A stretch of DNA of 32,000 bases from NCBI RefSeq assembly GCF_001481685.1, contig NZ_CP006867.1, forward strand, positions 840,001-872,000. The letters are read 5' to 3'. Origin of the DNA: Ignicoccus islandicus DSM 13165 (GTDB taxonomy: Archaea > Thermoproteota > Thermoprotei_A > Sulfolobales > Ignicoccaceae). Under the pieces are notes generated by a model. That model was not told where the DNA came from, did no database searches, and saw nothing but the letters and a program-made list of their open reading frames with translations. Of the stretch, positions 17,869-26,382 are shown piece after piece. The translations under genes were made by a program, and so were the position numbers. The first letter of the stretch is position 1, and each line of letters begins with the position of its first letter.

Positions 17869-19565
17869 TTATTGCTAACGTCGGAAGGCAAGGCGATCTT
17901 CGCTCTTCGGGAGTAGTAGAGCGGGAGCGTCTGAGGCAATTGGCCGTATTCGCCCAATTCCTCCTTAATTACTTCAATCAATTCCTTAACGCTCATGTCT
18001 ATTCTATTGTTGTCGATTCGCCTCAACACAACTACGGTATTGGTTTCCTTCTCCCTCTTCCCCACTAATACTAGATACGGTATCCACTCCTTTCCCGCGT
18101 CCCGGATCTTCGTTCCCATGCTAACGTTCCTATCGTCTATATCGACCCTTATTCCGGCCCTCTTTAGCTCGTCAACGACGGATAGAACGTAGGGCAATAC
18201 CGACCTCTCTTCCGGTATTACCCTCACTTGAATGGGGGTTAGCCACATAGGTAACATGGGAGGCTTCCCCTCTTTGTAATCCTTAGCCGCCTTGTCCAGG
18301 ATCATGTAGATGTATCTTTCAATTGATCCCAAGGGTGAAGCCTTAACGACGTACTTGTCGCCTTCTATAATTAGCTTTAAGCTACCGATCTCGACGGGCT
18401 TTCCGCAATTGGAAACGAGGAGGTACTCGACGTCTATTAAGGCGTTCGAGTCCTCTATTATTCTAACTATTCCATCCTTGTTATCCCTACCCACCATGTT
18501 CTTTATTAAATCGAACCATTCGTCTTTTACGTCATTCCTCAAGTTATACATAACAACGTACTTCTGACCTATCTTCTCGGCTTCATTATGCGTTAAGTCA
18601 TGCATCATTAGTAAGAACTTCTCCGCGTTAAGTCTATCGTTAAAGAAGGCCGATATTACTGGTAAATGGAAAGAGTTCACCCTCTTACAAGGTTCGCAGT
18701 TACCGGATTTCCTATAAATAGTTAGTATCTCGAAGATCGCTATATCTGATTCGTCTACGCTAATCGCTTGCTCTTCGTCCGAACTCCTCAAGCAGAAGCC
18801 TTCACATACTATTGGACTGAACTCGCATTCCTCTTCTACGTCCGTGTCTTTCATAAAGTAAATTGGTATTAGTTCGTTAACGTTCAAGGCTAAAGTGCTT
18901 GCATATATTAGGACCGCATTGAACATGAAGTACGCTAAGGGTAAGTAGGCGGGAAAGCACTTATCGCCTATCTTCTTAACTACAAATCCGAACTTAGAGC
19001 AATACTTGCAAGCCAGATCTTCTTCGCACTTCCAGTCGCCTTTTTCAATAGATTCCCATACGATCCTTATTTCTTCGTTTAATTCATTAGCTTTAGGTTT
19101 GGTGAGCTCTCCATTGATCGTTATTACGTAGGAATCCAATACCTTTGGCTTGTACTCGGGCGGCGAGTACCTCTTGGAAAGCTCGGCTAGCGGATGACCC
19201 TTGCACTTAATTTGAAAGCTCTTGTACCATCCAAAGGGCGCCCTGTGGACCTTAACGCCTTTCTCTTTCAACATTTCTTCGAGCTTAAGTAGGACCTTAA
19301 TGGCTTCCCCGGGCTTTGCGAGGGTCGAGGATAAGTGCGCGTAAGGATATAATACTACTTCATTTACCTTTAGCCTATTCAACTGTTCTACTATGTCCTT
19401 AACGACGTCATCTAATACCTTCGAGTCGTTAGGTTCAACTGTAGCGAACACTACTAGCGCGTTAGAAGTAGAGTAGCTCTTCTGACTAACGTTCTCAGCG
19501 CTCTTTATGGCCTTCTTCTTAGCTTCGTAGGAGAAATCATCTACGTGAAGCATGAGAATTTTCAA
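17865..19565 (-). CDS. Threonyl-tRNA synthetase, editing-type (N-terminal archaeal editing domain, degenerate catalytic region, C-terminal anticodon-binding domain)
   Basis: 566 aa; N-term [25 protein letters not shown]...[22 protein letters not shown]...[26 protein letters not shown]-like; C-term [68 protein letters not shown]. Central domain poorly matches class II motifs. Confidence 0.78.
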   Translation of the reverse strand: [566 protein letters not shown]

Positions 19566-19613
19566 TTAATTGCCCCTATTATTGAATTAAAAATGTTTTA
19601 AATAGATTATTTA

Positions 19614-22600
19614 TTAATGTTTGGCCTTAGCGATAACTACCTCCCTCTTCTCGCTTACTTGCGTCTTAGATACAAGCCTTTGAGAATAGTAATAGTATAT
19701 TGCTCCTAATAGCGCTCCTAAACTCATTAGGCCAGGTCCGCTCCACACGAATATCATTCCCGGTATTACCTTTGCTTGCACGTAGAGTCCTTGAGTAGAT
19801 ATCAGGCTCTTGTAATTCTTCGCCATATTGTATAACTCTACGGTCGCGACTTCCAAGAAGGTAGCCAACTGGTCCCTGGGAACTTGGTTTACGAAGTTTA
19901 CGTTATAGCCGGCAGCGAAGAGCGCAGTTAAAGCCAGTTTCTGTCCCTCATCGTAGTTCTTTGAGTTGAGTAACTTGTTGAGGTACCATAATAGCATGTC
20001 GTGATACGATATGCCGGTTATTGCGTGAGACGACTTGACGGGCGGGTTAAGTACTACGTAAAGATCGCTTAGGCCGTAGCTAGGGTGAACCACCTTCGGA
20101 ACCAGGCCGTGAATTCCTTGTATTTCTCCGTACGCCTCGTACCTTATCTTTTCATTGAATTCGTAGGTAGTGTTGTCTGGATTTAGCACCTTGAACTTTA
20201 GAGTCAGGTCAGCGGTTTCTGGTACGAACTTGGGTGCGTTAACGTAACCTGCGCAGTCGGGGTTCAAGCACTTCGTTCCGGGCGGAGGCGTTATCACCTT
20301 CAACACGTTCTTGGGATCCGATAGGAACTCTCCCATTTCAGTACCCATTAAGCTTTGAACGGTAGGGTCGCTGAGGGCATGTAGGTACGCGGTAATTGAG
20401 ATCGGTAGGGAACCGGTCGAGGGATAAGTTCCGTTGCCCAGCGCTACCTCTCCATCGAACATGACGAACGCTTGAGGTATTACTGTCAGAGTTTCGTTCG
20501 CAATGGGCGCGGAAGCCGGATATATGGTAAAGTTGGAGAACGTGATTGCAATCTTTTCTTCCTCAAGCTCTATCGAGTAAGGTCTATCTAACCTAACTAA
20601 CAACGCTTGGTGAGGCGTGAGCGGCATCGGCTTATTGATTACGAGGCCTTCCGCTAAGGTGGTAAACGCGTAGCCGAAGGTTCCGTCCCTCTTTTGCCAT
20701 ACGTAGAGCGCTATGGTTAGGTTCTGAGCGCTTAGCTTCAGCGGGCGCTTCAGATTGAGTTCGATAGCATTGGAGGTTACGTTGAATACCCTTATTTCCG
20801 CCGATTCGAAGGACGCGTTGTTTCTCGTTCCTAATTTGTAAACTTGCATTGCCTCATTGCTTACCATTGGGTTGGCGTGGAACATCTTGTTTACCACGTA
20901 CCTATACAAGTCGTTCGTTTGGAGTAGTTGCTCCCCCTTCTTCACCTCTTGGAGAAATTCTGATAGGTCGTTGGCTATTGTCTTTATCGCTAACCACGCG
21001 TAGAAGTAAACGCTCGACTTCTGGACGTATCTATCGAATATATCAACGAACGATTTGCTTAGGTTATAGTCGTAGGATTCCAATACCAACTTCATGTTAT
21101 TCGGTAGCGCCTCCGCCTTGTTCGGTGGGAGATCGAAATGGTAGAAGTAGTCGTTATTGAAGGCGTAGGTGCCCGACATTAGAACTCCTAAGGCCGTTAG
21201 TGCCATTCCCAAGTGAATTAGTCCTATTTCCACGTCCCTAATTTTCTTATATTTCGTAAAGATGTAGTAGAGGGAACTAGCTATAGCGATAGCCGCTAAG
21301 GGAATGCCGAACGCCATCATTGCATTGGTGGTAACGGGCGATAGGTGAGCCAACGTTATGGAGCCCCTTAGGGCAGCTAACCCGGTAGAGGTACCCAAGA
21401 GCAACGCGCTTGCTATAACTAAGAGAACCGGTTTCCAGCCTAACTCGCTCAAGGTAACCATAGGGAGGGAGATCAATAGCAGCGCGAGTACCGGGTAAAG
21501 CACGGGGTGGAAGTACTCTATTCCAGCGCTCATTTGCGGGATGGACGCTTCCTTACCCATTGCTACCATTATTGAAGGTACGAACAGGGTTCCGTAGACG
21601 AAGAAGGCGGCTATTAGAAGACCTAATGACGCTAGGCCCATTCCAATTACGAAGGGAGTTTTCTTCGCGATCGCTGATCTAATTTGGGTCAAGTACTTGT
21701 CCCAATCGGAAAGCCTCTTAATGAACCACATTAGGTAGGCTATAGACAAGACTAAGAGCGAGACGCTGCCTAGGTTAGCTCCAGCGAAGCTGTGCAATGG
21801 GCTGAGACCCGTTCTAGTTACGAACATTGCTAGGAAGACTGAGGAAGGTATTAGGGGAGCGTACGCTTCGGCGAACGCTGGTAATATTGGGGCCACGTGA
21901 GGTAGTACTGTAGCAGCGAGCCACACTACGAGCTCGCTCGTTTCTACGGGATCCCACGCCCAGTAGCCTCCCCAACCGAAGGTCTCATAGCTCCAGAACG
22001 CACCTAGAGCTATTCCTAGGGTCAGTAGCGCCCATCCAACGTTGAAGGATACTTTAGCTCTCTTTATACCCAAGGCGAGAGCTATGGCTGATATTGCCAA
22101 TATACCGTAACCGCTGAACGTGGATACTGGGTGAGGATACAACCAAGGACTCTTTAATAGAGGATTCAGACCGGCACCGGTTATTGGATTGCCCGGTATT
22201 AGCGTGAACGCATCGTTCATGTAGGCAGCGAAGAGTCCGACCAAGACCACTGGTATAGATAGCAAGTAGAACTTCGCGTCGTCGCTTCTAATGAAGTATA
22301 AGGTGAGTCCAGCAATGAAGGCGAAGAGGAATAAGCTCCCGCCTCCTCCCGACCACGATGTAGCCAGCCTCATCCATAGGGGCATACCGACGCTGGAGTT
22401 CCAATAGACCTCGTGGAGGCTGAAGTCCAGCGTAAGGAAGGGTATTAGGTACAGTAGCCACGAAACGGTTAGCGCTATTGTTGAGTACTTCAAGTATTTC
22501 GCTAGTTCGTTTTTCTTTCCATTAAACGCGTAGTAGGCCGTCAGTATATAGAGCGCGGCAGCGATAAGAGGAGGAAATCCCGTCCAATGTAGCATTTCCT

Positions 22601-22625
22601 TCAGAACACCTAAGCCACTCAACAT
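19614..22625 (-). CDS. CcmF-like cytochrome c biogenesis/heme lyase protein, extended form
   Basis: 1003 aa, many TM segments; WWD-type motif TFGWGGYWAWDPVETSELVVWLAATVLPH; C-terminal TM helix after a large extracytoplasmic region. Confidence 0.82.
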   Translation of the reverse strand: MLSGLGVLKEMLHWTGFPPLIAAALYILTAYYAFNGKKNELAKYLKYSTIALTVSWLLYLIPFLTLDFSLHEVYWNSSVGMPLWMRLATSWSGGGGSLFLFAFIAGLTLYFIRSDDAKFYLLSIPVVLVGLFAAYMNDAFTLIPGNPITGAGLNPLLKSPWLYPHPVSTFSGYGILAISAIALALGIKRAKVSFNVGWALLTLGIALGAFWSYETFGWGGYWAWDPVETSELVVWLAATVLPHVAPILPAFAEAYAPLIPSSVFLAMFVTRTGLSPLHSFAGANLGSVSLLVLSIAYLMWFIKRLSDWDKYLTQIRSAIAKKTPFVIGMGLASLGLLIAAFFVYGTLFVPSIMVAMGKEASIPQMSAGIEYFHPVLYPVLALLLISLPMVTLSELGWKPVLLVIASALLLGTSTGLAALRGSITLAHLSPVTTNAMMAFGIPLAAIAIASSLYYIFTKYKKIRDVEIGLIHLGMALTALGVLMSGTYAFNNDYFYHFDLPPNKAEALPNNMKLVLESYDYNLSKSFVDIFDRYVQKSSVYFYAWLAIKTIANDLSEFLQEVKKGEQLLQTNDLYRYVVNKMFHANPMVSNEAMQVYKLGTRNNASFESAEIRVFNVTSNAIELNLKRPLKLSAQNLTIALYVWQKRDGTFGYAFTTLAEGLVINKPMPLTPHQALLVRLDRPYSIELEEEKIAITFSNFTIYPASAPIANETLTVIPQAFVMFDGEVALGNGTYPSTGSLPISITAYLHALSDPTVQSLMGTEMGEFLSDPKNVLKVITPPPGTKCLNPDCAGYVNAPKFVPETADLTLKFKVLNPDNTTYEFNEKIRYEAYGEIQGIHGLVPKVVHPSYGLSDLYVVLNPPVKSSHAITGISYHDMLLWYLNKLLNSKNYDEGQKLALTALFAAGYNVNFVNQVPRDQLATFLEVATVELYNMAKNYKSLISTQGLYVQAKVIPGMIFVWSGPGLMSLGALLGAIYYYYSQRLVSKTQVSEKREVVIAKAKH

Positions 22626-22775
22626 AGCATTTACTATAAAATCTCATGCGAACAATCGAATTAGGTTTAAGTATTACACTAATTATTCCCTGAACCTCAA
22701 GCTTATAGGTATCTAAGAATCACGCAAAGCGGATATTCGTACCTTTTCATATATGCCTCTCCGGGTTACACTAAC

Positions 22776-23501
22776 TTGAACAAAGAGCAAATTAGGAGAA
22801 TGGTTTGGGAGAAGATAAAACCCTATGCGCTACCGCCCTTTCCAGTAGAGGGAAGGATACCTAACTTCAAAGGAGCAAAGGAGGCCGCTGAGAGGCTGAC
22901 TTCCATTCCGGAATGGAGAAACGCTTCGTTAGTGAAATCCAATCCAGACAGTCCTCAGAGATGGGTTCGCTTGGCTGCGCTTAGGGAAGGAAAGCTCCTC
23001 CTGATGGCAACGCCTCGCCTAAGGGAGGGGTTTCTCTTATTGGACCCGAATTCCGTTCCGCCTTCGAAATACTCCGAAGCTTCTACTATACGGGGAGCGT
23101 TCAAGTGGGGAAGGAAGCTTAGAACGGTAGACGAGCTATTGAACTCCGTAAGCAAGGTGGACTTCGTTATTGAGGGTTCAGTAGCGATCGATCTAGATGG
23201 TAGGAGGATAGGGAAGGGAGCTGGGTACGGCGACTTGGAGTTCGGTATATTAACCGAGCTAGGCCTTATGGACGTAAAAGTACCAATAGCTACTACCGTT
23301 CACGACGTCCAAGTTCTCGAGGGACCCTTACCGCAAGACCCTTGGGACGTCCCATTGAGCTTCGCTTTCACGCCTACCAAGTCGCTTAAGTTCGAACCGT
23401 TGAACAGGCCTAAGGGGATATTATGGCAATACTTAAGTGAAGAGAAAGTGCGTGAGATTCCAATCCTTCGCGAGCTCAAGCGCTCTATTCAAAAGCAATA
23501 G
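22776..23501 (+). CDS. 5-formyltetrahydrofolate cyclo-ligase family protein
   Basis: 241 aa; MVWEKIKPYALPPFPVEGRIPNFKGAKEAAERL...DFVIEGSVAIDLDGRRIGKGAGYGDLEFGILTELGL. TTG start. Confidence 0.72.
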   Translation: MNKEQIRRMVWEKIKPYALPPFPVEGRIPNFKGAKEAAERLTSIPEWRNASLVKSNPDSPQRWVRLAALREGKLLLMATPRLREGFLLLDPNSVPPSKYSEASTIRGAFKWGRKLRTVDELLNSVSKVDFVIEGSVAIDLDGRRIGKGAGYGDLEFGILTELGLMDVKVPIATTVHDVQVLEGPLPQDPWDVPLSFAFTPTKSLKFEPLNRPKGILWQYLSEEKVREIPILRELKRSIQKQ

Positions 23502-23528
23502 TATAAACCGTGAAATGGTGGTTAAAAA

Positions 23529-24137
23529 TTGGAAGAACTGAAGAAAGAGAACTACAAGCTCTTAAGAGAGGAAGTAATTAAGTGTCCCGTTTGCGGAGAA
23601 GAGAAGATGAAGGTTAGCATATATAGTTACGATATGCCAATGATAGGTCCAGTAATAATAGTTACGGGTAAATGCGCTAGCTGTGGATATAAGTTCGTTG
23701 ACATTAAGACGTTGGAAAGGAAAGGCAACCAGAGGATAGAATTTAAAGTAGAGAACGAAAAAGACTTGAACACGTTGGTACTCAGGTCCTCGACCGCTAC
23801 CTTGGAAATACCGGAACTTCAAGCGGAAATTTCGCCGGGACCTATTTCCCAAGGCTTCCTAACGACTGTTGAGGGGGTTCTACATAGGTTCAAAGACATT
23901 ATAGAATTCCTCTGTAAAGACGCGACAGATGAGAAAGAGAAGAAGGAGTGCGAGGAGAGGTTGAAACGCTTAGGTGAGATGTTAGAAGGTAAGAGGGAGT
24001 TTACAATAATAATTAAAGATCCCGAAGGGTACAGCAAGATAGCGAGCGAAAAGGCAAAAGAGGAGATAAAGAGGGACGATGACGGAATAGCTCCCTTAGA
24101 GAGCGGTGATCGGACGGCACGAGGTGGAGTCCAATGA
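23529..24137 (+). CDS. ZPR1-type zinc finger protein
   Basis: 202 aa; CPVCGEEKMKVSIYSYDMPMIGPVIIVTGKCASCGYKFVDIKTLERKGNQRIEFKV (C4 zinc finger plus ZPR1 fold). Confidence 0.75.
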   Translation: MEELKKENYKLLREEVIKCPVCGEEKMKVSIYSYDMPMIGPVIIVTGKCASCGYKFVDIKTLERKGNQRIEFKVENEKDLNTLVLRSSTATLEIPELQAEISPGPISQGFLTTVEGVLHRFKDIIEFLCKDATDEKEKKECEERLKRLGEMLEGKREFTIIIKDPEGYSKIASEKAKEEIKRDDDGIAPLESGDRTARGGVQ

Positions 24138-24364
24138 GGAGCACGCTAGATGCTGTTCCAGAAGGTAAGACCGTTAGGGTCGTTGAAATCTACGCGGGCC
24201 CGGGAGCGACCGTTAGGTTGAGGGAGCTCGGAATAAAGGAGGGTAGCTTAGTGAAGGTCGTAAAGAACAGTGGAATAGGTCCAATAGTTATAGAAACTAG
24301 CGAGGGGCGGTTCGCTCTAGGAAGGGGTATGGCGAGTAGAGTTATTGTAGAGGAAGCGTTCTAA
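24134..24364 (+). CDS. FeoA/SH3-like domain protein
   Basis: 76 aa; VPEGKTVRVVEIYAGPGATVRLRELGIKEGSLVKVVKNSGIGPIVIETSEGRFALGRGMASRVIVEE. Confidence 0.75.
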   Translation: MRSTLDAVPEGKTVRVVEIYAGPGATVRLRELGIKEGSLVKVVKNSGIGPIVIETSEGRFALGRGMASRVIVEEAF

Positions 24365-24372
24365 TAAGCGAG

Positions 24373-24666
24373 GTGACGCGGTTGATCAGAATAAAGCTCG
24401 TGGGGGCCTCCCTCTCTATAATCTCATTAGTTGCCATTGCTTTAACTACATACTCCCTCTTCGCTCCCCTAGACGTTTCAATTCAGATAATCAAAATTAC
24501 CAATTGGTTAGTAGTTGTGGCTCTTTCAATTATCTTAGGTTGGATTGGAGTAATAATGCTCAGGGCGGAGGAGCCGAAAAGCGCGGAAGAGCTCAGGGAG
24601 GAACTGAGAAAGGAAATAGAAGAGATGAAGAAAGACATTGAAAGGGCCATGAAGGAACAAGCTTAG
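24373..24666 (+). CDS. Small membrane protein with C-terminal charged/coiled-coil tail
   Basis: 97 aa; two hydrophobic segments followed by EEPKSAEELREELRKEIEEMKKDIERAMKEQA. TTG start. Confidence 0.6.
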   Translation: MTRLIRIKLVGASLSIISLVAIALTTYSLFAPLDVSIQIIKITNWLVVVALSIILGWIGVIMLRAEEPKSAEELREELRKEIEEMKKDIERAMKEQA

Positions 24667-24737
24667 TTCGTTCCATCGAACGCTTTCGTTTCATACTTAC
24701 CATAAAACGTTACGCTTCCGATCGAATTCTTGGAAGA

Positions 24738-25610
24738 GTGATGAAGTGGAGCGATCACAGGAGAGTCACTGAGTACGTGCTTCAAGCAATACCGCTCAGC
24801 TTCGGAGAAAAGGAAAAGATCGTTGAGTCGAACGTAATGACCGATAAATATCCGGATTTCGTAGATGGAAGAAGGGTAGCGCACCACTCGGAAGAAGGTT
24901 TAAAGGTAGGGTTAGCGTACCTAAAGGAAGCTAAGAACAAATATGACAGAAAAGAAAGTTACGAAATAGAACTGGGTAGGGCTTTACATTATCTGCAAGA
25001 TTACTGCGTAGAGAATGATATAAAGGAACTCGAATTCCACGACCTAAAGGTAAGAAGTAAGGCCCACGATAGCATGGAAGAGTTCGTAAAAAGGATTCGA
25101 GACGAAACGGTTCGAAAGTACGCCTTTTCAGCAGCAGTCGAAACCAAGGACAAGAACCCTACTCTAGAGGAACTATATAGGATCGCATTAGCAAAAGGAA
25201 TGAAAAGGGATCCCAGCAAGGTATTGAAGTGTGCCGTATGTCTGAGCGCTCTTGCTCTAAGGTACTTAACTTCTAGTCCTAAACAGGAACCTGAGAGCTC
25301 GGACGGGAGTAGTTCTAAAGGGAACGGGAGTAGAGGAAGGGAACGCGGAGTAATGTTCAAATTATTGTATTATACGGCCAAGCTCGTTCTGTTCGGCGTA
25401 AAGTTGGCCATTGTATTACCACTAATCGCTATCTTTACAATATTCCTAATAGGCTTGATACCATTATGTTTCATCCCCATTCTAGATCTCATCGTTATAC
25501 CCCTTTGCGAGGTCTTCGGAGGGGCAATCATAGGGGGATTAAAGTGGACGTTCGGTATTAAAAGCTCGCAAGAAGTAAAGGTAGAGAACTTAGGGGTATG
25601 TAAAGACTAG
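24738..25610 (+). CDS. Putative zinc-dependent phospholipase C/S1-P1 nuclease-like domain fused to C-terminal transmembrane segments
   Basis: 290 aa; MKWSDHRRV...VAHHSEEGLKVGLAYL...ELGRALHYLQDYCVENDIKELEFHDLKVRSKAHDSMEEFV gives ordered Trp/His/Asp ligand-like residues; Ser/Gly linker then hydrophobic helices. Confidence 0.55.
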   Translation: MMKWSDHRRVTEYVLQAIPLSFGEKEKIVESNVMTDKYPDFVDGRRVAHHSEEGLKVGLAYLKEAKNKYDRKESYEIELGRALHYLQDYCVENDIKELEFHDLKVRSKAHDSMEEFVKRIRDETVRKYAFSAAVETKDKNPTLEELYRIALAKGMKRDPSKVLKCAVCLSALALRYLTSSPKQEPESSDGSSSKGNGSRGRERGVMFKLLYYTAKLVLFGVKLAIVLPLIAIFTIFLIGLIPLCFIPILDLIVIPLCEVFGGAIIGGLKWTFGIKSSQEVKVENLGVCKD

Positions 25611-25670
25611 GAGCGAGGAAGGTCGTAAACGAGTCCCAGCTGAAGGTAATAGTGACAACATGGGCATACA

Positions 25671-25677
25671 TATATAA
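25671..25677 (+). promoter_or_regulatory. TATA-like box preceding the candidate structured RNA
   Basis: CATACATATATAATT; centre is about 26 nt upstream of about 25700. Confidence 0.4.
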
Positions 25678-25699
25678 TTGGCGAAATGCTAACTATAAT

Positions 25700-25775
25700 T
25701 GGAGCGACACGGCAATCGACAATAACCCGGGTGAGGTTCCCCCGATGATCCGGGTGAGGATGAGATGCCGTAAGG
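25700..25775 (+). ncRNA. Candidate structured small RNA with kink-turn/K-loop-like apical element (possible archaeal H/ACA-type or other L7Ae-binding RNA)
   Basis: Outer helix ACGGCA (25709-25714)/TGCCGT (25766-25771); inner helix ACCCGG (25725-25730)/CCGGGT (25750-25755); apex GTGAGG-TTCCC-CCGATGAT with potential tandem G-A pairs. Confidence 0.4.
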
Positions 25776-25776
25776 A

Positions 25777-26382
25777 CTACCTCTCTTCACATCTCCTCAA
25801 TACTTTCTTAAGCTCAACCGCTCTCCGATTCCCCGAGTAAAGCTCATCCAATCTCCTGACGAAGTTCGCTACGTGATCTGCTATAGATAGGAGTCTCCGA
25901 TAGTTCGGATCCCTAATTCCTCCTTCTCGATGAATTCTTTCAATGCAAGTGACTTGTTGAAAGCGTTCTTCAATAAATTCGTAAGCGTGATCGTCAACCA
26001 GTAGCACTTTGCTTCTCTCTAGGAGGTTCTTGCATCTATTTACTAGTCGGTCGAGGTCGGTATCATAGTCGACAACGTAAAATTGTACACCGCGCTTCTT
26101 CATTTCCTCTAACGTCCTCGGCAACTTCTTCAACGCGGTCAATCTCTCCTTCTTCGCTTTCTCTCTCGAATGTCCAAGGTTTTCGAGCTTCTTCAAATCG
26201 TTACTGTAAACTGCAACCATTCCGTAAACCGTCCGTAGAACGCTTTTCCCCTTGGACTTCCTTTTAAGGACCTTTGGATCTGATTTGGTATAATCTATAG
26301 CTACCACCAAATCCAAGCATCCGTCCTCGGGAACCAAGGTCAAGTGCCTCTGGATACATTCTACGATTGTAAGTAAAAGCAT
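25777..26382 (-). CDS. Hypothetical protein, weak DUF3800-like resemblance
   Basis: 201 aa; LDLVVAIDYTKSD, FYVVDYDTD, VLLVDDHAYEFIEERF, LLSIADHVANFVRRLDEL. Confidence 0.5.
   Translation of the reverse strand: MLLLTIVECIQRHLTLVPEDGCLDLVVAIDYTKSDPKVLKRKSKGKSVLRTVYGMVAVYSNDLKKLENLGHSREKAKKERLTALKKLPRTLEEMKKRGVQFYVVDYDTDLDRLVNRCKNLLERSKVLLVDDHAYEFIEERFQQVTCIERIHREGGIRDPNYRRLLSIADHVANFVRRLDELYSGNRRAVELKKVLRRCEER

Noticed and set aside
25700-25775. tRNA interpretation of the folded intergenic sequence
   Set aside because: No acceptor stem, no GTTCRANNC T-loop, and only two nested helices; it does not make a cloverleaf.
25652-25840. 62-aa + strand ORF MTTWAYIYNWRNANYNW...
   Set aside because: It starts at a GTG before the TATA-like element, runs antisense into the 3' end of 25777..26382, and its sequence is better explained by the stem-loop structure. 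Kept as the alternative hypothesis for the ncRNA call.
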